This document shows positions 45,935 to 55,901 of a stretch of 64,000 bases of DNA, in pieces. Each line of letters begins with the position of its first letter. Position 1 is the first letter of the stretch. The DNA is from an uncultured Acidobacteriota bacterium (GTDB taxonomy: Bacteria > Acidobacteriota > Thermoanaerobaculia > Multivoradales > UBA5704), in the NCBI GenBank assembly GCA_963770895.1, contig CAVYRF010000001.1, positions 1 through 64,000 on the forward strand. The letters run 5' to 3'. Made by a program: the position numbers and the translations under genes. The notes under the pieces were generated by a model that had not been told where the DNA came from, did not search any database, and worked only from the letters and a program-made list of their open reading frames with translations.

Positions 45935-47761
45935 CTACAGGTAGCGCAGGCGACCGCTGTGCGGCGCCGCCGCGGCCGCCTGCGCGGTGGCGGCCCCGGA
46001 CCTGGCGGCGGCGGCCTCGGTGCTGCGGGTGCCGACTCGCACCGAGGGAGGCAACGTCGGCAGGAACGACGGCGCGAGCCGCCCCTGGGCCGCCTGTTCG
46101 AAGGCAAAGGCGATGCCGATCAGCTTGGGTTCGCTCCAGGCGCGGCCGAAGAAGCTGATGCCGACCGGCAGGCCGAACGACGTGCCGCCAGGGACGGTGA
46201 TGTGGGGATAGCCCGCCATCGCCGCCGGCGTCGAGCTGGACCCCAGCACGTGGTCGCCGTCGATCAGGTCGGTGGTGAAGGAAGGGGTGGTGGTCGGCGT
46301 CATGATCGCGTCCAGGTTGTACTGGTTCATCACCGCGTCGATCCCCTGATCGCGCGACAGCATGTGGCTGGTGGCGAGCGAGGTGGCGTACTGCGCCGCG
46401 GTGATGCCGCTGTTCTGGGCGTCCAGCAGCAGCTCCTGGGCGAAGTACCGCATTTCGATCGCGGCGTTGGCGATGTTGAACGCGATGATGTCGGCCAGGT
46501 TGTGCACCGCGAGGCCGACGCGGCCCGCCAGGTAGTTCTGCATGTCGATCGGCAGGTCGTAGAGCAGCACGTTGAGCTCGGACGGATCGGTTTGCAGCTG
46601 TGCGGCGCTCGGCAGGTCCGCGGGATCGATGATGACCGCGCCGGCCGCCTTCATGATGTTGATCGCCGCTTCGCCCACCGGATCGGTCTTGTCGCTGTAG
46701 CCCCAGAACGTCTGGCGGGCGATGCCGATGCGGGCGCCCTTGAGCGCATTGGGATCCAGGAACTGGGTGTAGTCGGTGAAGAAGTTGCCGGCGCTGGCGG
46801 CGGTCGCCGGGTCGCGCGGGTCGACGCCGGTGAGCGCTCCCAGCACGGTCGCGGCATCCGCCACGGTGCGCCCCATCGGTCCCACCACGTCCTGGTCGTG
46901 CGAGATCGGCACCACGCCGGCGCGGCTGGTGAGGCCGAGGGTGACCTTGATGCCGACCAGGCCGTTCATCGACGAGGGGCAGACGATCGATCCGTCGGTT
47001 TCGGTCCCCAGGGCCGCGGCGGCAAAGTTGGACGACACCGCGGCACCCGAGCCCGAGCTGGAGCCGCAGGGATTGCGGTCCAGGTAGTAGGGGCTGTGGG
47101 TCTGGCCGCCGCGCCCGCTCCAGCCGCTGGAGGAGTGGGTGGAGCGGAAGTTGGCGAATTCGCTCAGGTTGGTCTTGGCCAGGATGACGGCGCCGGCGGC
47201 GCGCAGGCGGGCCGCCACCGTCGCGTCCTGGGGGGCGGGCGGCCCGAGCAGGGCAAAGGAGCCGGCGGTGGTGTGCATCTTGTCGGCGGTATCGATGTTG
47301 TCCTTGACCACGACGGGGATGCCGTGCAGAGGCCCGCGCGGCCCCTTGGTGCGGCGCTCCTTGTCGAGCGCCTGGGCGATGGCGATGGCGTCCGGATTGA
47401 GCTCCAGGATCGCGTTGACGCGCGGTCCGCGCCGATCGAGCGCTTCGATGCGGCTGATGTAGTACTCGGTCAGCTCGGTCGAGCTGAGGTGGTTCTTGGA
47501 CATCAGGCTTTGCAGCTGCGCCAGGGTCATCTCGTTGAATTCCCCCGGCGCGGCGCTGACGGCTGCCTGGATCTCCGCCGCGGTGGGCGCGGGAGCGGCG
47601 GCGTTTGCCGCCGATGCGGCCCCCTGCGCGTGGGCGGCCGGGGAGTCCCACATCTGCGAGCCCGCCACCGAGGCGGCGGCGCCGGCCAGCGCGCCCAGGC
47701 GCATCAGGGTGCGCCGGGTGACCTCACCTGTCTTGTCGTCGCGGTCTTCGTGATCCGCCAT
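45935..47761 (-). CDS. Amidase signature family enzyme, Tat-exported
   Basis: VTRRTLM Tat motif; PVVVKDNI, KTNLSE, CGSSSGS, GTETDGSI; GAGGAGG RBS. Confidence 0.93.
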   Translation of the reverse strand: MADHEDRDDKTGEVTRRTLMRLGALAGAAASVAGSQMWDSPAAHAQGAASAANAAAPAPTAAEIQAAVSAAPGEFNEMTLAQLQSLMSKNHLSSTELTEYYISRIEALDRRGPRVNAILELNPDAIAIAQALDKERRTKGPRGPLHGIPVVVKDNIDTADKMHTTAGSFALLGPPAPQDATVAARLRAAGAVILAKTNLSEFANFRSTHSSSGWSGRGGQTHSPYYLDRNPCGSSSGSGAAVSSNFAAAALGTETDGSIVCPSSMNGLVGIKVTLGLTSRAGVVPISHDQDVVGPMGRTVADAATVLGALTGVDPRDPATAASAGNFFTDYTQFLDPNALKGARIGIARQTFWGYSDKTDPVGEAAINIMKAAGAVIIDPADLPSAAQLQTDPSELNVLLYDLPIDMQNYLAGRVGLAVHNLADIIAFNIANAAIEMRYFAQELLLDAQNSGITAAQYATSLATSHMLSRDQGIDAVMNQYNLDAIMTPTTTPSFTTDLIDGDHVLGSSSTPAAMAGYPHITVPGGTSFGLPVGISFFGRAWSEPKLIGIAFAFEQAAQGRLAPSFLPTLPPSVRVGTRSTEAAAARSGAATAQAAAAAPHSGRLRYL

Positions 47762-48106
47762 GATCGTAACCTCCTCAAGGCATCGCGTTGTATCGAGCCG
47801 GAGCTATGCGCTCATCATAGATTAAGCCTGAACGCAGAACATCAACAAGTCTGCGAGTGAGTCCCTCCCGGCGCGCCGGCGGTTCAATGGCGGGTGGTGC
47901 GGTCCGGCGCGGGCGACGTTCCAGGGGGCGCGAGGTGGCGGCGGAGCGGTGCCGGGCGGGCGACGCTCGGGGGGGTGCGAACTGGTGGCAGAGCGGTGCG
48001 GGGTGGGCGACCTTCGGTGGTGAGCCGCGAACCTGGCATAAGACTTGAGTCCAGGAGGGCGGGGCTGCACACTGTCCTTGTCCCCACAGCTCCAGGAGGC
48101 TCCGTA

Positions 48107-51100
48107 TTGTCCGCGCCAGCGTTCTCTCTGTCGGATCGGTCCGCCGCCGCCCGCGTGCGGCGCGTGGCGGCCGGCGCACTCGCGCTGGCGACGCTGGCTG
48201 CCCTGGCGGCGACGCCGGCGGCGGCTCAGTATTTCGGCCGCAATCGCGCGGTGCGGGCGCGGTTTCAATGGCAGGTGCTGCGCACCGCCCACTGCAACGT
48301 CAACTTCTACCAGGGCGAGGAGGCGGCGGCGCGGGCGATCGGGCGCCGCGCCGAGCAGTGGTACGGGCGGCTCGCGGCGGCCTTCGGCGCCGCTCCGGAC
48401 GGACGCATCGAGGTGCTGGTCTACGCCAACCTGGCGGATTTCCAGCAGACGACGCTCACCCCCGAGCGCCTCGATCCGGATCGCGGGCCGCTGGACCCGC
48501 ACCGGCGCCGCCTGCGGCTGCCGCTGACCGGCGACGGCGACCATGACGACCACCAGCTGGGGCACGAGCTCGTGCAGATCTTTCAACAGGAGCTGCAGGG
48601 GCGGCGACGGGTGCGCGAGGCGGTCGCCGGGGCGATCGGCCGGCAGGTCGTGCCGCTGTGGATGGACGACGGGCTGGCCGACTACCTGACCGCCGGCAGG
48701 GACTCCGTGGCGACGGCGATGTGGCTGCGCGATGCCCTGGTGCGCGGCATGCTGCCCGACCTCGCCGTGCTCGGCACCCTGCCGCGCGACGTCGGCGAGC
48801 GCTGGGGGCACGCCTTCTGGGCCTTTGTCGGCGGCCGGTTCGGCGACCGGGCGGCGATGCAGCTCTACGTCGAGCTGACGCGGCGCGGGGTCGGCGGGGC
48901 GCTGCAGCAGGTGCTGCGGCTCGACGAGCGCCAGGTCGTGAGCCAATGGCACGCCGCCATCGACGCCGCCTACGGCAGCTTCGTGGCGGCCCGTTCGGCC
49001 GAGGCCGCGGGGACCGGTGGCGGCGAGGCGGTGGGCTGGGCGGGGGCGCGGCGTATCCCGCGCGGGCAACGGTCCACGGACCGCTACCTGTCCCCGGCGC
49101 TCAGTCCGGACGGCAGCCGGGTGGCGTATTTCTCGACCCGCGGTCTGTTTGGGCTCGACCTGGACCTGGCCGACGCGGTGACCGGCGAGCGGATCGGGCG
49201 CCTGTTCTCGAGCGGCGCCGAGCGCGGTTTTGACGCGCTGCGCTTCGCCGATTCGGCGGCGTCGTGGTCGCCCGACGGCAGGCAGCTGGCCCTGACGATG
49301 TTTCACGGTGGCGAGGACCGCATCGCGCTGCTCGACGCGGCCGGCGCCGGCGTCGCGCGCCAGATCGTGGTGCCCGGCGCCGGCGCCCTGTCAGACCCAG
49401 CCTGGTCGCCCGACGGCGGCAGCATCGCGGTGGTGGGCTCGCAGGGCGGCGCGACCGCGCTGTGGCTTGTGCAGGTGGCCAGCGGTGCGGTGCGCCGTTT
49501 GGCGGACGGCTGCGGCGGCGCGGTGCGGCAGCCCTCCTGGTCACCCGACGGGCGGACGCTGGCCTTCGCCTGCCAGGACGGCCCGGTGGCCGGCGCATCC
49601 GAATGGGATACCGGTGGGTTCGGCGCGGCGGGTGGGGCGGGTGGGGAGGGCGTCGGGGGTGCCGTTGGGAATGCGCGCGTCGGAGGAGCCGGCAGGGGGG
49701 GTGTCGCCGATGGTGCCGGTGGCGCCGTTGGTGCAGTCGGTGCCGCCGGCGCCAGCGGCGGCGGGAGTCGCGGGAGCGGTGGGAGCGACGGCGTGCCTGG
49801 GGAGAAGGGCGTGGAGATGGTGGCGGCCGGCCCCTGGCGCATCCGGCTGCTGGACATGCCGGCGGGCCAGCGGTCGCGGCCGGCCATGCCGGCGGCGGCC
49901 GGGGGTGGCGCCGATCAGATCGATCCCTGCTTTGGCCCTGGTGCGGGCGATCTCTACTTTTTGTCCGACCGCGGCGGCGTGCGCGACCTTTACAGGTGGG
50001 ACCTGGCGGCGGGCGAACTGTTCCAGGTGACCGCGGTGACGACCGGGGTCGCCGGCGTCACCGCGCGCTCGCCGGCGCTCGCGGTGGCGGCGCGCAGCGG
50101 CCGCCTGATGTTCACCGTCTTCGCCGCCGGCTCGTGGGAGATCCACGACCTGGAGGCGGGCGCGGCGCGCGGTGCTGCGGTCGCCGCCGGCCCGGCGGCC
50201 GGCGCGGCCGCCACCGCGAAACCGGGCGCCGGCGCCGCCCGCCTCAGCCTGCTGCCGCCGGCTACCGAGACCTCCCTGGCGCCCCTGGCGGCAGGCCAGG
50301 CCGCTGGCGGCGTGGAGGGCAGCGGTGGCGGCGCTGTCGGCGCCGGCGCCTCCTCATCCGCCGGCGCGCCCGCGGCGGGCGCTGCGCCGGCCAAGCCTTC
50401 CCAGGCGGCGGGTGAACCCGGTACCGCCGCGGCGGCTGGGGGTACCGGCGCGGTCGCTGGCGGCGCGCCCGTTGGCGGCGCCGCCGGTGCGGCTGCCGCG
50501 TCGGAGGGTGACGGCAGCGTCGTGCCGTACCGGTCGCGCCTGGCGCTGGAGGACGTGTCGCCGGGCCTGGGCGTGGGGTACAGCTCGCTTGGCTATGCGG
50601 TCGGCGCCGACATTTCGGCGCGGCTCGGCGACGTGGTGGACCACTATCAGGTCAGCGCCGACGTGCAGGGCGGCATCTCGGCGTTCCCGGAGTACGGCGG
50701 CAGCATCCTGTTCCTGGACACCGCGGCGCCCCTGCAATGGGGCGTCCAGGTCGGGCACGTGCCGTCGGTTTCGGGTTTCGCGCAGGTCGAAGAGCTGCCG
50801 GCCGGGAGCGGTGCGCCGGGCCCCTCGGCGGGCCTGCCGAGCATCGCCATCGATCAGATCTTCGAGCTGATCACCCAGGACCAGGTCGAGCTCCTGCTGC
50901 AGTATCCGTTCTCGCCCACCGAACGCCTGCAGGCCAGCGTCAGCTACAACCATCTGGGCTTTGCCGCCAAGGACGTGCGCCAGGTTCTGACCGGCACGCA
51001 GGTGGTGCAGACCAGCCGCTTCAACCTGCCGGACCCGGCGTCGCTCACCCTCTACCAGGGTGGCCTGGCCATGATCGGCGATACCTCGCTGATGGGCGAC

Positions 51101-51718
51101 ACCTCGCCCGTGCGCGGCCAGCGCTACCGGGCCGAGGTCAGCGCCTCCACCGGCGATCTGAGCTTCGAGCAGGTCACCGCCGACTATCGCCGCTATTTTC
51201 TCTTCCGTCCGCTGACCCTCGCGGTGCGCGCCCTGCACCTGGGCCGCTATGGCGACGACGCCAACAGCCCCAGCTTGCTGCCGCTGTTCATCGGCGATCC
51301 GACCCTGGTGCGCGGCTACGAGCTGGGCAGCCTGTCGGCCTCGGAGTGCCGGCCGCCGTCGGGAGCGCCCAACACCTGTCCGCAGTTCGATCGCCTGGTC
51401 GGCAGCCGCCTGGCGGTGGTCAACCTGGAGCTGCGCCTGCCGCTCTTCGGCAGGAGCAACATGAGCCTCTTCGAGCTGCGCCTGCTGCCCACGGAGCTGG
51501 CGCTGTTCGTCGACGCCGGCACCGCCTGGAGCGCCCACCAGCCGCCGGTGCTGCACCTGTCCACCGACTCGGATTCGCGCATTCCGGTGGCCTCCACCGG
51601 CATCGCCGCGCGCTTCCTGGTCGCCGGCGTGGCCGTCGCCCAGGTCTACGTGGCAAAGCCCTTCGAGCGCCCCCAGCGCGGCACCGTCACCGGCATCGTC
51701 ATCTCCCCCGGCTGGTAG
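48107..51718 (+). CDS. Outer-membrane protein: degenerate peptidase-like domain, PD40/TolB propeller and Omp85/BamA-like barrel
   Basis: AGGAGG before TTG at 48107; signal AAA|QYFGRN; SPDG repeats; LVRGY, LVGSRLAVVNLELRLP, FVDAG; terminal Trp. Confidence 0.85.
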   Translation: MSAPAFSLSDRSAAARVRRVAAGALALATLAALAATPAAAQYFGRNRAVRARFQWQVLRTAHCNVNFYQGEEAAARAIGRRAEQWYGRLAAAFGAAPDGRIEVLVYANLADFQQTTLTPERLDPDRGPLDPHRRRLRLPLTGDGDHDDHQLGHELVQIFQQELQGRRRVREAVAGAIGRQVVPLWMDDGLADYLTAGRDSVATAMWLRDALVRGMLPDLAVLGTLPRDVGERWGHAFWAFVGGRFGDRAAMQLYVELTRRGVGGALQQVLRLDERQVVSQWHAAIDAAYGSFVAARSAEAAGTGGGEAVGWAGARRIPRGQRSTDRYLSPALSPDGSRVAYFSTRGLFGLDLDLADAVTGERIGRLFSSGAERGFDALRFADSAASWSPDGRQLALTMFHGGEDRIALLDAAGAGVARQIVVPGAGALSDPAWSPDGGSIAVVGSQGGATALWLVQVASGAVRRLADGCGGAVRQPSWSPDGRTLAFACQDGPVAGASEWDTGGFGAAGGAGGEGVGGAVGNARVGGAGRGGVADGAGGAVGAVGAAGASGGGSRGSGGSDGVPGEKGVEMVAAGPWRIRLLDMPAGQRSRPAMPAAAGGGADQIDPCFGPGAGDLYFLSDRGGVRDLYRWDLAAGELFQVTAVTTGVAGVTARSPALAVAARSGRLMFTVFAAGSWEIHDLEAGAARGAAVAAGPAAGAAATAKPGAGAARLSLLPPATETSLAPLAAGQAAGGVEGSGGGAVGAGASSSAGAPAAGAAPAKPSQAAGEPGTAAAAGGTGAVAGGAPVGGAAGAAAASEGDGSVVPYRSRLALEDVSPGLGVGYSSLGYAVGADISARLGDVVDHYQVSADVQGGISAFPEYGGSILFLDTAAPLQWGVQVGHVPSVSGFAQVEELPAGSGAPGPSAGLPSIAIDQIFELITQDQVELLLQYPFSPTERLQASVSYNHLGFAAKDVRQVLTGTQVVQTSRFNLPDPASLTLYQGGLAMIGDTSLMGDTSPVRGQRYRAEVSASTGDLSFEQVTADYRRYFLFRPLTLAVRALHLGRYGDDANSPSLLPLFIGDPTLVRGYELGSLSASECRPPSGAPNTCPQFDRLVGSRLAVVNLELRLPLFGRSNMSLFELRLLPTELALFVDAGTAWSAHQPPVLHLSTDSDSRIPVASTGIAARFLVAGVAVAQVYVAKPFERPQRGTVTGIVISPGW

Positions 51719-51880
51719 GGGCTGGGCGGGGCCGGGAGGGTGGGGTAGGGAGAGCGGGTCCGGAAGGCGAGCCAAGGCGGGCAAGGTGGGTCAAGAGGGT
51801 GGGGAGAGGGCCAGGAGGGGTGGCCAGGGCGGATGGGCAGGGTGGGGTCAGGAGGGCGGGGTAGGTAGCCGGGTCAGGGC
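51718..51880 (+). repeat. G-tract-rich intergenic region with degenerate repeats
   Basis: More than 15 runs of GGG or longer; units resembling GGGYCRRGAGGGYGGGG near 51729, 51788, 51808 and 51845. Confidence 0.7.
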
Positions 51881-51887
51881 GGCAGGC

Positions 51888-52313
51888 TCACCCGCCCTCG
51901 GGCATTTCCGCTTCCTCGATCAGCCGTTCCAGCTCGCGCATCAACTTGTTCAGCCTGCGCTTGGCGCTTTCGCCCGGCGCTGACCGGACTTCGTTGCCCA
52001 CCGAGGCCGGCGGCGCGAGCCGGGAATCGCCCACCGCCTTCTCGAACAGCTGGACCAGGGGACTGCGCGGCTGCGAGGGTGCGGGGAACACCAGCTGAAA
52101 GAAGTCCAGAGGGTGGACGTCGATCACGCCCAGGATTGCCACCAGGTGCCAGAGCTTCAGGTCGAGCTCGCCGCGCAGAATGCGGGTCACGTCGACGCCC
52201 GCGCCCTGCTGCTGCAAGCGGCGATGGATCTCGCGCCGGGTAAAGCCCGACAGACCGACCAGCGATTGCAGGACGCGCTGCGCACGGTCGGCGTATGCCT
52301 CGGCGGTGTCCAC
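51888..52313 (-). CDS. Putative XRE-like helix-turn-helix protein
   Basis: SGFTRREIHRRL...VTRILRGELDLKLWHLVAILGVIDVHPLDFF resembles a Cro/C1 HTH; start uncertain (52313 or 52322). Confidence 0.65.
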   Translation of the reverse strand: MDTAEAYADRAQRVLQSLVGLSGFTRREIHRRLQQQGAGVDVTRILRGELDLKLWHLVAILGVIDVHPLDFFQLVFPAPSQPRSPLVQLFEKAVGDSRLAPPASVGNEVRSAPGESAKRRLNKLMRELERLIEEAEMPEGG

Positions 52314-52504
52314 GACGAACAAAAACTCTAAGGCGAAAAGTTATCCAAGGCGGTATAATGTGCTCGACATAGGTTATATAGCCAGAAAGTCGATTATGGA
52401 AGAGATAGATTTTGCCTCTTCAAGCGACTTGGCGCTATGGGACTCAAACGATCGAGCCGGCAAGGCAGCGCCGGCCTCAGCGAGGAGATAGAGGAGACAG
52501 AGAC

Positions 52505-52678
52505 ATGGTGAGGGCGACGGCCAGTGTGCGCGGCGATGGAGTGCGGCATCTGAGGCTGATGCGGGGCTTCCGCGCTCCTGGCCAGGCGCGCCGCCGCAGG
52601 CATAGTCGAAGCTATGTCGAGGAGGCGCAGCGCCGCCAGGGGCGTGGAGGGCCGCCGAATTATGGTGTGAATTTCTGA
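52505..52678 (+). CDS. Possible small basic protein, 57 aa
   Basis: GAGGAG at 52491 before the ATG; TATAAT at 52354; no recognisable domain. Confidence 0.3.
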   Translation: MVRATASVRGDGVRHLRLMRGFRAPGQARRRRHSRSYVEEAQRRQGRGGPPNYGVNF

Positions 52679-52743
52679 CTCGGGGCACTAGGGCCTGACC
52701 GCGGTCGACCGCTTGCCGCTGCCCGGTGGGCAAGCTGGGGGCG

Positions 52744-53058
52744 CTACGGCGGAGCGGGGTGTGCTGCGTCGGGTTCGAGCAGGGTGTAGGGGATGGCGGT
52801 GCGGGTCTCCGCCAGACGCAACAGGCCTTCGGCGGCGAAGCGGCGGTAGTGGTCGGTGGCGCGGTGCGCCTGGTGATCGGCGACGGTGCGGTACTGCTCG
52901 TAGATGAAGATCTGCCGGGGGTCTTCCGCCAGCTGATGGGCAAGGTAGAGGACGTTGCCGGGCTCCTGGCGCGTCGCCGCGGCGAGCTGGCGCAAGTAGC
53001 CGGCGGCCTGGTCTTCGGTTCCCGCGCGCACCCGGATCATCACGCCAAAGCAGTGCAT
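52744..53058 (-). CDS. ABM-domain (putative quinol monooxygenase) protein
   Basis: TRQEPGNVLY...DPRQIFIYEQY...AHRATDHY. Confidence 0.85.
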   Translation of the reverse strand: MHCFGVMIRVRAGTEDQAAGYLRQLAAATRQEPGNVLYLAHQLAEDPRQIFIYEQYRTVADHQAHRATDHYRRFAAEGLLRLAETRTAIPYTLLEPDAAHPAPP

Positions 53059-53081
53059 GGAGCGCGCGCCCTGGGCTGATG

Positions 53082-53708
53082 CTATGGGTGCTGGGGCGGC
53101 TGGGTTGGGGGGGTGCCGTGGTCGAGAACGGCCATCTGGGTGTCCACGCAATGTTGGAAGCCGTCGCGGTCCAGGACGAACATCTGGGTGCAGCCGGCGA
53201 GGATGCGCTGGTAGGCGGCTTCTCGCCGCAGGCGCTGCTGGTTGGTGAGCGTGCGCGCCTTGGGGTCTTGGCTTGCCGTGCTGCCGGTCGCGGCGGTGGC
53301 ATGGGGTGCCGCGGCAGCGGAGTTTGCCGCCGAGGGCACCGCGCCGCCGGCGCCACCTGGAACCGGGATCGCTCTGTTGGCCGTGGGCGGAGGAGCGTTG
53401 GACCTGACGGGCCAGATCTGCCGGCCGCTCATCGGCGTCACGCCGTCGGCGACGGGGATGGTGGTGATGCGCAGGTTGTTGCCGTTGATGCGCTTACAGG
53501 CGGCGGAATCGACGACGCTGGTCGAGACGGTGGTGGTCTTGCCGCTGACCTCGTGCACGGTCAGCAGGTCGCCCTTGAGCACCCAGGGCCCGTCGGTCTG
53601 GATCTTTTTGCCGCCGGTGAGGATCAAGACTTCGGCGGCGGCCGGCAAGCCGGCGCCGGCGCCCAGCAGGACGGCAAGCGCGACAGCGGCAACGGCTGAG
53701 CGAGTCAT
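53082..53708 (-). CDS. Secreted hypothetical protein
   Basis: Signal ending AAA|EVLILTGGKKI; C-terminal helical segment with two Cys. Confidence 0.7.
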   Translation of the reverse strand: MTRSAVAAVALAVLLGAGAGLPAAAEVLILTGGKKIQTDGPWVLKGDLLTVHEVSGKTTTVSTSVVDSAACKRINGNNLRITTIPVADGVTPMSGRQIWPVRSNAPPPTANRAIPVPGGAGGAVPSAANSAAAAPHATAATGSTASQDPKARTLTNQQRLRREAAYQRILAGCTQMFVLDRDGFQHCVDTQMAVLDHGTPPTQPPQHP

Positions 53709-53926
53709 GGCGACAGTGGTATCTTAACCGCGTTGGCGCGCCAGCGCCAACCTGACGGCACGACGCCGCCACGCCGCCCAGAGCGAGCCAGGCGGCATGG
53801 ATTCATCCGATACCAGCCCTGGCAGCCGGCCTGCCGCGCCCTTTCTTCGGTACAGTCCACTCAAAGACCCCGACGGCAAGGAACATCCCGGATTTGCGAT
53901 CAGCTGCTGCGGCGACTCGTGCCTTC

Positions 53927-54361
53927 ATGGCGGGTGTGGCGAGGGGCTCGCTGTACCTATGGGTGGGGCCGACCACCGTGCTCGGGTTGGCGGTGGCCGG
54001 GCTCAGCTGGGCGACCGGCGGCAGCATGGCGTGGGTCGCCGGCGTCCTGGAGGTGTGGGGCGGCGCTGCCCGCGTCGTGCTGCAGATGGCCAACTCGCGC
54101 GCCATGACCCTGGGGCATGTCGTCCTGGGGCGGGATCGCTTTGCGTTGCGGGTCACCCGCGCCCACGAACGCGCCCACGTGCGGCAGGCCGAGCATTGGG
54201 GGCCGCTGTTCATCCCCGCCTACCTGGCGGCGAGCGTGTGGGCGGCGTTGCGAGGCGAAAACTACTATCACGGCAACTGGTTCGAGATCGACGCCGAGCG
54301 CCGGGCCGCATTGGGCGACCCGGCGGAACGGCGGTCGTCGGCGGACCGGCGCAATCCTTGA
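53927..54361 (+). CDS. Small HExxH-motif hypothetical protein
   Basis: AMTLGHVVLG...HERAHVRQ...GPLFIPAY...NWFEIDA. Confidence 0.75.
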   Translation: MAGVARGSLYLWVGPTTVLGLAVAGLSWATGGSMAWVAGVLEVWGGAARVVLQMANSRAMTLGHVVLGRDRFALRVTRAHERAHVRQAEHWGPLFIPAYLAASVWAALRGENYYHGNWFEIDAERRAALGDPAERRSSADRRNP

Positions 54362-54422
54362 CGGCGGCCCTCCTGGCGGCTGAACGTTGCCGCGGTGAGG
54401 ACCGCCGCTCCCGGAGTGTGGT

Positions 54423-55901
54423 TTAGCGACGGCCGCCCGGACGGTGCTCACCGCCGCCTTCGTGGTTGGCCTTGGGCGGTGGTGCGTTGTGGGCGGCTTG
54501 TGCGTGCTGCTGGGGCGGCGGCGCCTGGTGGTGCTGGGCTGCTGCCGCCTGCGGCGCACGGTGCTCGCTGCTGGGCGGCGCCGACCGGTGTTGCTCGCCG
54601 CCGGTGGCCGGCGCACGGTGGTTTGCCGTGGCGGCGGGAGGAGGCGTGTGCTGATGGGTCACCGCGGTCTGCCGCTGGTGGCTGGCCGAGGCTTGGCGCT
54701 GCCGGCTGGCCGCCGCCGCTGCTTGATGCTGGCGGTTGGCCGTCGCCTGGTGCTGGCGATTGAGCGCCGCCTGGCGCTCCTGGCTGGCTGCCGCTGCATG
54801 CTCGCGGCTGGCCGTGGCCTGGCGCTCCTGGCTGGCGTGGGCTGTCGACGCCGCCGCTTGGCGATGGGCCTCGGTTGCCGGCGGGTGGTGCTCGCTGCGG
54901 GCGGTGGCCGGCGGAGCATGGTGGACGACGGCGTTCTGGTGCACGGCGCGGCTCGCAGGGGCCGGTGCCGAGCGGTGTTCCGCCGCCAACGCACTGGCGC
55001 GGCGGTCAGCCGGTTGGCCCTGTGCGACCACGGCGCGGTGCGCCTCGGCGGGTGAGGAAACGACCGACCGCGGCGCCACTTCGCGCGGGGTCGGCGTGTT
55101 GGCACGGCGTTCGATCGCCGGGTGGAACATCGCCAGCGAGTTGCCGCTCAAGCGCCCGGCCCGGTTGGCCTCATTCAGGTTGGCAAGCCGGTACTGGTGA
55201 ACGCTCTGGCCGGTGAAGCGCTGGACGTTCGCCACCTGCAGGCTACGATTGAACATCTGGTGGTTGACCACCGAGTAGTTGGTGATGTTGGTGGTGCCGT
55301 GGAAGATCGCCACGTTGCGCGCCGACGGCACGATGAAGCCGCCGACGTTCGCCGCCAGGAAGGAGCGCTCGGGGACGAAGCAATAGCTGGCGGGGGCGAT
55401 CCCTACGCCGAGGTTGAAACCTCCCAGCTCAAGCCCTACGCTCGCGTTCCAACCCACGGCGGGAGGCAGCGGCGCCCATCCCAGGTAGCCGCCGCCCTGT
55501 TGCCAGGAAACCCACGACGGACCCCAATCGGTGCCCGGCACCCAGCCCCACCCGTAGTCGGGGTCGTCATACCAACGGCCGTAGTGATAGGTCGCCCAGC
55601 CCCACGGCTCGGAAGCCGCCGCGTCCCAGGTCCAGCCGTAATCGGTGTAGACCCAACGTCCCGCGCTGTACGGCCGCCATGCGGCGTTCACCTGGCCGGG
55701 CAACCAGACCCAGCCATAGTTCGGACGCTGCGCCCAATGACCATAGGGCGACAGGTGATTGTAGAAGAAATCCACGCCCACCGGGCCGCCGACGGAAGCG
55801 CCGACAGCCACGGCGACCGCGGCATGCGCGGCCGGTGCGACCGCGGCGCTCGCGACGCCGGCCAACAGCAGGACGAAGCACGCTGATCGTAAGGTTTTCA
55901 T
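54423..55901 (-). CDS. DUF6600-like Trp/Tyr/Gly-rich secreted protein with a low-complexity tail
   Basis: FYNHLSPYGHW, YGWVW, WRPY..GRW, PWGWATYHYGRW, WAPLPP; Ala/Gln/His/Arg-rich tail; GAGG upstream. Confidence 0.85.
   Translation of the reverse strand: MKTLRSACFVLLLAGVASAAVAPAAHAAVAVAVGASVGGPVGVDFFYNHLSPYGHWAQRPNYGWVWLPGQVNAAWRPYSAGRWVYTDYGWTWDAAASEPWGWATYHYGRWYDDPDYGWGWVPGTDWGPSWVSWQQGGGYLGWAPLPPAVGWNASVGLELGGFNLGVGIAPASYCFVPERSFLAANVGGFIVPSARNVAIFHGTTNITNYSVVNHQMFNRSLQVANVQRFTGQSVHQYRLANLNEANRAGRLSGNSLAMFHPAIERRANTPTPREVAPRSVVSSPAEAHRAVVAQGQPADRRASALAAEHRSAPAPASRAVHQNAVVHHAPPATARSEHHPPATEAHRQAAASTAHASQERQATASREHAAAASQERQAALNRQHQATANRQHQAAAAASRQRQASASHQRQTAVTHQHTPPPAATANHRAPATGGEQHRSAPPSSEHRAPQAAAAQHHQAPPPQQHAQAAHNAPPPKANHEGGGEHRPGGRR

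Noticed and set aside
53797-54426. ORF starting MDSSDTSPGSRPAAPFLRY...CCGDSCLHGGC as a second RiPP precursor
   Set aside because: No RBS, no stop after the Cys cluster, and it runs out of frame across the better-supported gene at 53927-54361
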